From Macrostomum lignano (Eukaryota), in NCBI GenBank assembly GCA_002269645.1, contig NIVC01000211.1, positions 1 to 64,000 on the forward strand: a stretch of DNA of 64,000 bases, written 5' to 3'. A program made the position numbers and the translations under genes. The notes under the pieces were generated by a model. The model saw nothing but the letters and a program-made list of their open reading frames with translations. It made no database searches and was not told the origin of the DNA. Positions 57,262-64,000 of this stretch are shown in pieces (within the stretch, counting starts at the first letter, position 1; the number at the start of each line of letters is the position of its first letter).

Positions 57262-57507
57262 TCTTAGCATATAAATTTTTTTCATTTACATTAGCATAAA
57301 ATTGAAAAAACATGAAATTATATTCTGGCCTATGCCTGCCATGATCTGGACTATGGACTGACAATAGCCCATAGGGCCTATATGTATATATTATAAGGTA
57401 AAAATAGTAAGATCATTTAGACAGGGAAGAAATAGGCCCTACTAAAACTTGATGACTAAGTGGTAGGATATTAATATATTATAAGAATAGCAAAGATCAC
57501 TTAGGGC

Positions 57508-57912
57508 TAGAGGTCGGATGGGATCCTGAACCCGATCCTAAAATCTCAGGATCCCGAGGAAAATTGAATTCCTGCGGGACTAGAATCCCGACCCAAAAAA
57601 ACTCAAGATTCGGGAACAGGTCTTTCGATTAATAATTTATAGAATTAGTGATTACTTAAAGGTATTTTGCTTTAACTTGTACTCGTTACATTATTTACTT
57701 TGTTGGTTACAAAACTTTATATCAATTTCGTTGTGTTTTACTTCTTGATCTTGATTCTTGACAATCTTTTCTCAATTTTGTTTAACTTTACATGGACAAT
57801 ACACTAAAAGACCTGATCCCGATTCCTGAATCCCAATCCCAATCCCGATCCTGAGAAAAAATTATTCCCAATCCCGATCCCGCCTGAAGATTTCAATCCC
57901 GTCCGACCTCTA
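57508..57912. mobile_element. hAT-type MITE (405 bp)
   Basis: TIR TAGAGGTCGGA(T/C)GGGAT (16/17); perfect 8 bp TSD CTTAGGGC at 57500-57507 and 57913-57920; ATCCCG subterminal repeats. Confidence 0.9.
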
Positions 57913-60169
57913 CTTAGGGCCTACAACAACTTGGAGTCAGTAGTGAAATTTTAATAGTGAAGTTTAGACCTGCAACAATAGGAATACTAAGAATAAGTGC
58001 TGTGACCTTCTAATCTAGGTAATGCCCAGACTAGAGAGAAAGTACATATATACTAGTAAGATTACTCAGGCTATATAGTATATGAACATTACTAGAATGC
58101 TACTAGAATTAGGAAGTAGTAAGATAGGACTAATAGGATATTTTAAATAAATAAGAATTAGCACTGTTACAACTGGTAACAGCAGTGAGATCATTATAGA
58201 GGACAGAAAAATATATACTATAATAGCTGATAGTATCACTATCAGTGTGATTTATAAATAGAGAGGAAAAAGAACTGCGACAACTTGATAGCTTAATGGT
58301 GGGATTTCTTACCATATAGGATTATAGGAATACCTTAGCCTAGGCCTACTATAACTTAAAATATAATATAGCTAATTAAGATAGGCTTATGCCATTTGGC
58401 TATTGGCTAGGCTAGGCCCTAGTCAAACTTGTGTCTAGGCCTAACCTAACTATATATACCAATCCTAATACTTTGTAGATCAAGAATATCATGTATAGGC
58501 TTTAACTTAAGGAGTGTTAGTATTAGGGCCTACATACCAAAAATAAAAAATAAAAAATATTTCTATAGCCTACTCAGGCAACTCAGCAATAGACAAAAAG
58601 TTCCACCTGTTGTTGTACAACTTTTCATTTAAAATACACAGTTAAATGTGATTCTGAATAATAAGTATCTTTGCCTTTGCTTAGGCCTAGTGGGTGGAAC
58701 TTTTGACTGATGTTGGGGATCAAATCTCAAAACCACCTATGCCCTGCTTACTAGTCTGGGGAGTCTAGGTGTTATCTAAATATTTATAGGCCTAGTCGAT
58801 AACATTTTAGTATAGTTGGATATTGGATAAAGAGACGAAATATTTTTATAGTTAAACCTTTGCTGCGCAATTGTGGCAGGCGGATGCCACTATTGATTTT
58901 AGTGAACGGGACCTGTGACGGTGACTAATTTTTGACTGTCCGCGTGATGCTTCGTATCTGTTTTTTTTCCTTAGCGTGGTTCGAGTCCAACCTTTCCCCG
59001 AGTTGGACTTCGTCCATCGGGTTTGTCCACCGTTTAATCCACGCGGTGTTCATGCATGCCCTCATACTGGAGGTTTGTTAAAATGCGCTCATTACGGTAA
59101 CTTTTGCGAAAATCCATGTTGTGAATGGTGCGTGCCCATCACCTAGCCCAGCCGTTGCTCCATTGTGAGAACCATTTCTGCGGTCTATTTAAACCCCTTA
59201 TCTTTTGGTGTAATTGCTAATTTTTTTCTCGGCTCTCTCTCTCTCTCCCTCGCTCTCCCGCTCCCTTTTCTCTTCCTCTGCCCGCATTTTCCTTTCTGTT
59301 CGTACTTAATATTCAGCGCGCCCAGTTGTATTAAATCCCGATCGCATTCAGCACCCAGGTACCGCCTGCGAACATCATCCTCGTCGACAATAATAATATT
59401 ATTTACTTTCGCCTGCTTACAGTTAATAATAATAACGTTAACCATTAACCATACATTAATCTATATTTATCCGTTGACATTAAGCCATAGCGTTTTATTG
59501 AATCATTTGCCCGTGGGGCATAAAATAATCAAGTCCTCATCTCAAAGATAGCTCTGGGACTTATCCGTTCCGTAATACGTAAATTACGGTGGTGGCAGCA
59601 ACTACCCTACTGAAAGTAGCAAACTCAGCTATTCGACGCATTATTTTACGGAGTCAGGAATCTCCAATTACAGTGTTTCATCGATTTGAACGACCTCGCC
59701 GCTACACGACCGCTCCGCTACGATTACGACTACCCTCCCCCCGGACTTGAGAACCCGGCAGCCGGAGTAAAAGGAGAAAGATTTTCCTGTTGAGATTCGT
59801 CTGCGCGATTTTTCCGGTTTTATTCGTGCGAACTCAACATTCGGCGGAAATTCAAACGAGGAATCCGCCCAGCTCACTGGTGTCAGCAAATTTTCAAAAC
59901 CGCCCAATTTCCAAGAAAATCTCCTCCACCCCCGCCTCACAATGCGCAATATAACTCTTTCATAGAAAATGGGATTCTACCCGTATTCCGCCACACGGTA
60001 ATAAACATGTTACGGCCATGGTTACGGCTCGATAAACATCGGGAGTTTTTCGTCTTTTGTGTGTTTCGGAAAACAGGCCTTGCAGCCAGACTGCCGAGCT
60101 CGAGCTCCAGGGGGGACGGGAAGCTAGTTTAATCGTGTCTGAACGTTGTACTGACATAAGTTGATGCCT

Positions 60170-61513
<1,344 letters not shown>

Positions 61514-62109
61514 TTGATGCCTGGCAGATGATGAGGAATTTACTCATTTTTTGGTATCAAGGATTGATTATTATTCTCTCAGATCTTCGTAAGTTTGTTT
61601 CTAGCCTTTTTCTTGATTTCTTGTAGCAGTCAGGTTCGCTGGAATCCTTGAGGTTTCGGCGAGAGTTGCCGCCACATCGTTTTTTCCACTGCAGGAATAA
61701 TGTTGATGAGGCTGCTGGAGCAGTCACGCTGTTTATACATTTCAAACATTTTAACATTTCAAATCTTGCATCGCAGTGTCTACATAGCTGCTATTTAGGC
61801 ATGCATCCACGTCTTCATCTCCAGGCGCAAGAACAACATCAACAAGGTGCCGCTAGACTTCGTATTCATGTCGCGGCTCAAGACAAAGTACTGCAGACGC
61901 GCTCTGCATAGAAGCTGAAGCTAAGGAGCTCGCGCCGCACTTCTTCAACCCAGCCCAGCTGCGTAAATCACTTCTGATTCAAAAATTTTATCAAGAAGGT
62001 GCGGTGATCGCCAGGAGTTTCCCAACAGCAATGCAATTGCGTGTCCGTGTGGTTGTAAATTTCACTTCTCAGAGTGGCATGTGTAGCGCAATTGATTCAG
62101 GTTCTCGGG

Positions 62110-62200
62110 CATAGGCGTAGAAACGGGGGGACCGTTTATTTTTGGGTCATACCCCCCCCACTTTTTAAAGTAGGGGGCCAGTAATGGTATCTGGCCCCTT
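62110..62200. mobile_element. Possible MITE end fragment (CATAGGCGTAG..GGGGGG) within the MULE intron
   Basis: Resembles hAT/Harbinger MITE termini; no partner TIR found. Confidence 0.3.
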
Positions 62201-63081
62201 TACATTTTAAATGCAAAATATATGTAGACTTTTTGCTTATTTTTTACTCTGATCCTTTTTTGGTTTTTGCTGGTTTGCATGTTCGATCATGCATTTTGTT
62301 GCAGAGCCACCCATTCAAACAAACAATTTGTACGTGGAAGGATGGCACCTATAATCGGCTTCACGAAATTCTACCACGAGGTGAAGCTGCTGCACGACGA
62401 GGGGATCAATTAAGGTCGTCACTGTTGGGATGCACCTGCTCAGCCAAAGGTGCTTTTCGCCGCCGCTAGCTGCAGATTTGCAAAGCAAAGACGTACACCG
62501 CCGGCAGTGGAGGTTCTCGCGTTGTGGAAGAATGATTGTACCGTGCTGGATCTCAAACAGCACAGCGCTGCTGCGTGATTGAGTCGCCTCAACTCGCTCT
62601 CCGATCTCAACGCTGGCTCGAGTACTATAAAATAACGGAAGCTATTTAGCACGCGGTAGCGGACAGACGGTGGCAGAAAATTACGACGATGCAGCGGCCA
62701 ACGCGAGGATATGTACATGTATACTCAGTGACGTCGGATTGCTGTACAATTTACTACCCAGTTCCTGTTGCCTAAACCGATCATTCGCCGAAAAACTTGC
62801 TGCCGTTGAAATCTCAATTGTTCGCTGTCACCACCGCGAGAATTCGCAGAGAAGAATCCGGTAAGATCAGTTAGCTTGAAAATAGCTACTGTAGTAGCCC
62901 ATGAACTCTTCTTGAGATAGGATCTCTTGGATCTGAATGCTGTTTGAGAGTCGTGCATGTCGGATCAGTCTAAATAACAGGATTTATTCCAGAAATTGGT
63001 GCACGTTTCGCGTTTTGCCAAACGACTAAACTAGCTGTTGCGCGGGTATTTCTACGCAATCAATCGAGTTCTAGCAGACTA

Positions 63082-63899
63082 CGAGGTGTATTCAAAAAAA
63101 ATGTACGTGACCTCATATCTCAGCTCCCTGAGCAGGTACGAAATTCTATTTTCACAATTTTTCAACATATTCTCCCTCGAGTTCGATGCAATTTTTGCAG
63201 GGATCTATCCACTTCCTGAAGGCCAGGGCAATGGCTTCTGCTGGAAGACCTCTCACAACCCGTTCCGACTCGTGCCTGACTGAGTTGTCAGCAAGCTGGA
63301 TGACCAATAACTCTTGTTTTGCTTTACGAAAGAGCCAGAAGTATGTGGGAGCCAATTCTGGCAAGTACAGCGGATGAGGAAGTACATGGATCAAGTATAT
63401 TCTCTTTAGAAAACTCCTCACGCTTTCTGCTCCAGCGACAGCAGCCGGTCAGGGAACCCCCAGCGCTCGCTCTTCTTGTTGGACAGTCCGAGATCTGCGT
63501 GCAGGATCGTGTGGACTGTGCCGACAGACAGGTCAAAGTCTTCAGCCAATTCCTCCATGGTTTTGTGGCGATCAGACTCGACGGCCTCTTGCACAGCTGC
63601 GATGGTCTCTGTGGATCGCCTACTTGTTTTCTTCGCATTGAACCTGCGCTGATCTTCTGTGTACTGGCCGCCCTTCACTTGGCGGATGAGGCAGTAGATT
63701 TGCCTCTCGGACGTAAACAGCTGCTCTTCCGGGTGGGCCATGGCTGAGGCGTCTTTGATCTCTAGGATGCTGTACGCCGCCTTTGCCATGTCACAAGCAA
63801 CAATGTGTGAGCTTGGGTCATGGCAGTAACAGAACACCTTGGAACGAGTAGCTGGCTAGAGATATCCAGCCACTGACATTTGTTTTTGAAAACACCTCG
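63082..63899 (-). mobile_element. Degenerate, internally deleted mariner element (818 bp)
   Basis: Imperfect TIR CGAGGTGT(A/T)TTCAAAAA(C)AAATGT; TA TSD at 63080-63081 and 63900-63901; remnants EELAEDFDLSVGTVHTILHADLG..RW and PHPLYLPELAPTYF..EGEYVEK. Confidence 0.88.
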
Positions 63900-64000
63900 T
63901 AGTATATGCATGTACTTCTAAATGCCAAAAAAACTAAAAAATATCAAAATGAAGGAAGCTGCTGATGGTCAGATAAAATATTAGTTCGGTCTTGCAATTT

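Larger units (their letters stand above)
53885..58276 (+). repeat. Two diverged copies of an approximately 300 bp dispersed repeat (about 53885-54205 and 57985-58276)
   Basis: Shared blocks CCCAGACT..AAAGTACAT, CTCAGGCTATATAGTAT, GCACTGTTACAACT, GAGATCATTATAGAGGACAGAAAAATATA, GTGTGATTTATAAATAGAGAGGAAAAAGAACT. Confidence 0.85.

Overview
Eukaryotic (animal) genomic DNA. Intron-filling 11-35 bp minisatellites and polyQ-rich exons suggest a free-living flatworm such as Macrostomum; this is an inference, not proven. Three spliced host genes can be reconstructed: (1) a divergent Na+/K+-ATPase alpha subunit (minus, 8 exons, 828-10954, one frameshift); (2) a SYD-1/RhoGAP100F orthologue with PDZ, C2 and RhoGAP domains (plus, 5 exons, 22785-41234, one frameshift); (3) an OXA1/YidC-family mitochondrial insertase (minus, 3 exons, 45381-48027) with a 4 x 81 bp tRNA-derived array in one intron. 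Nearly every large intron carries its own minisatellite family. Mobile DNA includes a decayed piggyBac, two abutting Tc1/IS630-like deletion derivatives, two internally deleted mariners, four hAT-type MITEs with 8 bp TSDs, a decayed MULE transposase interrupted by a 5'-truncated RNase H-bearing LINE (9 bp TSD), and hAT and integrase scraps. The most unusual structure is a sharply bounded CpG-depleted, TpA-rich domain (about 48-59 kb). In it, pseudogene stops and differences between repeat copies are mostly CpG and CpA C-to-T transitions, while younger insertions keep their CpGs. No rRNA, CRISPR array or intact autonomous transposase was found. All coordinates were read by eye and may be off by a few bases for repeats.
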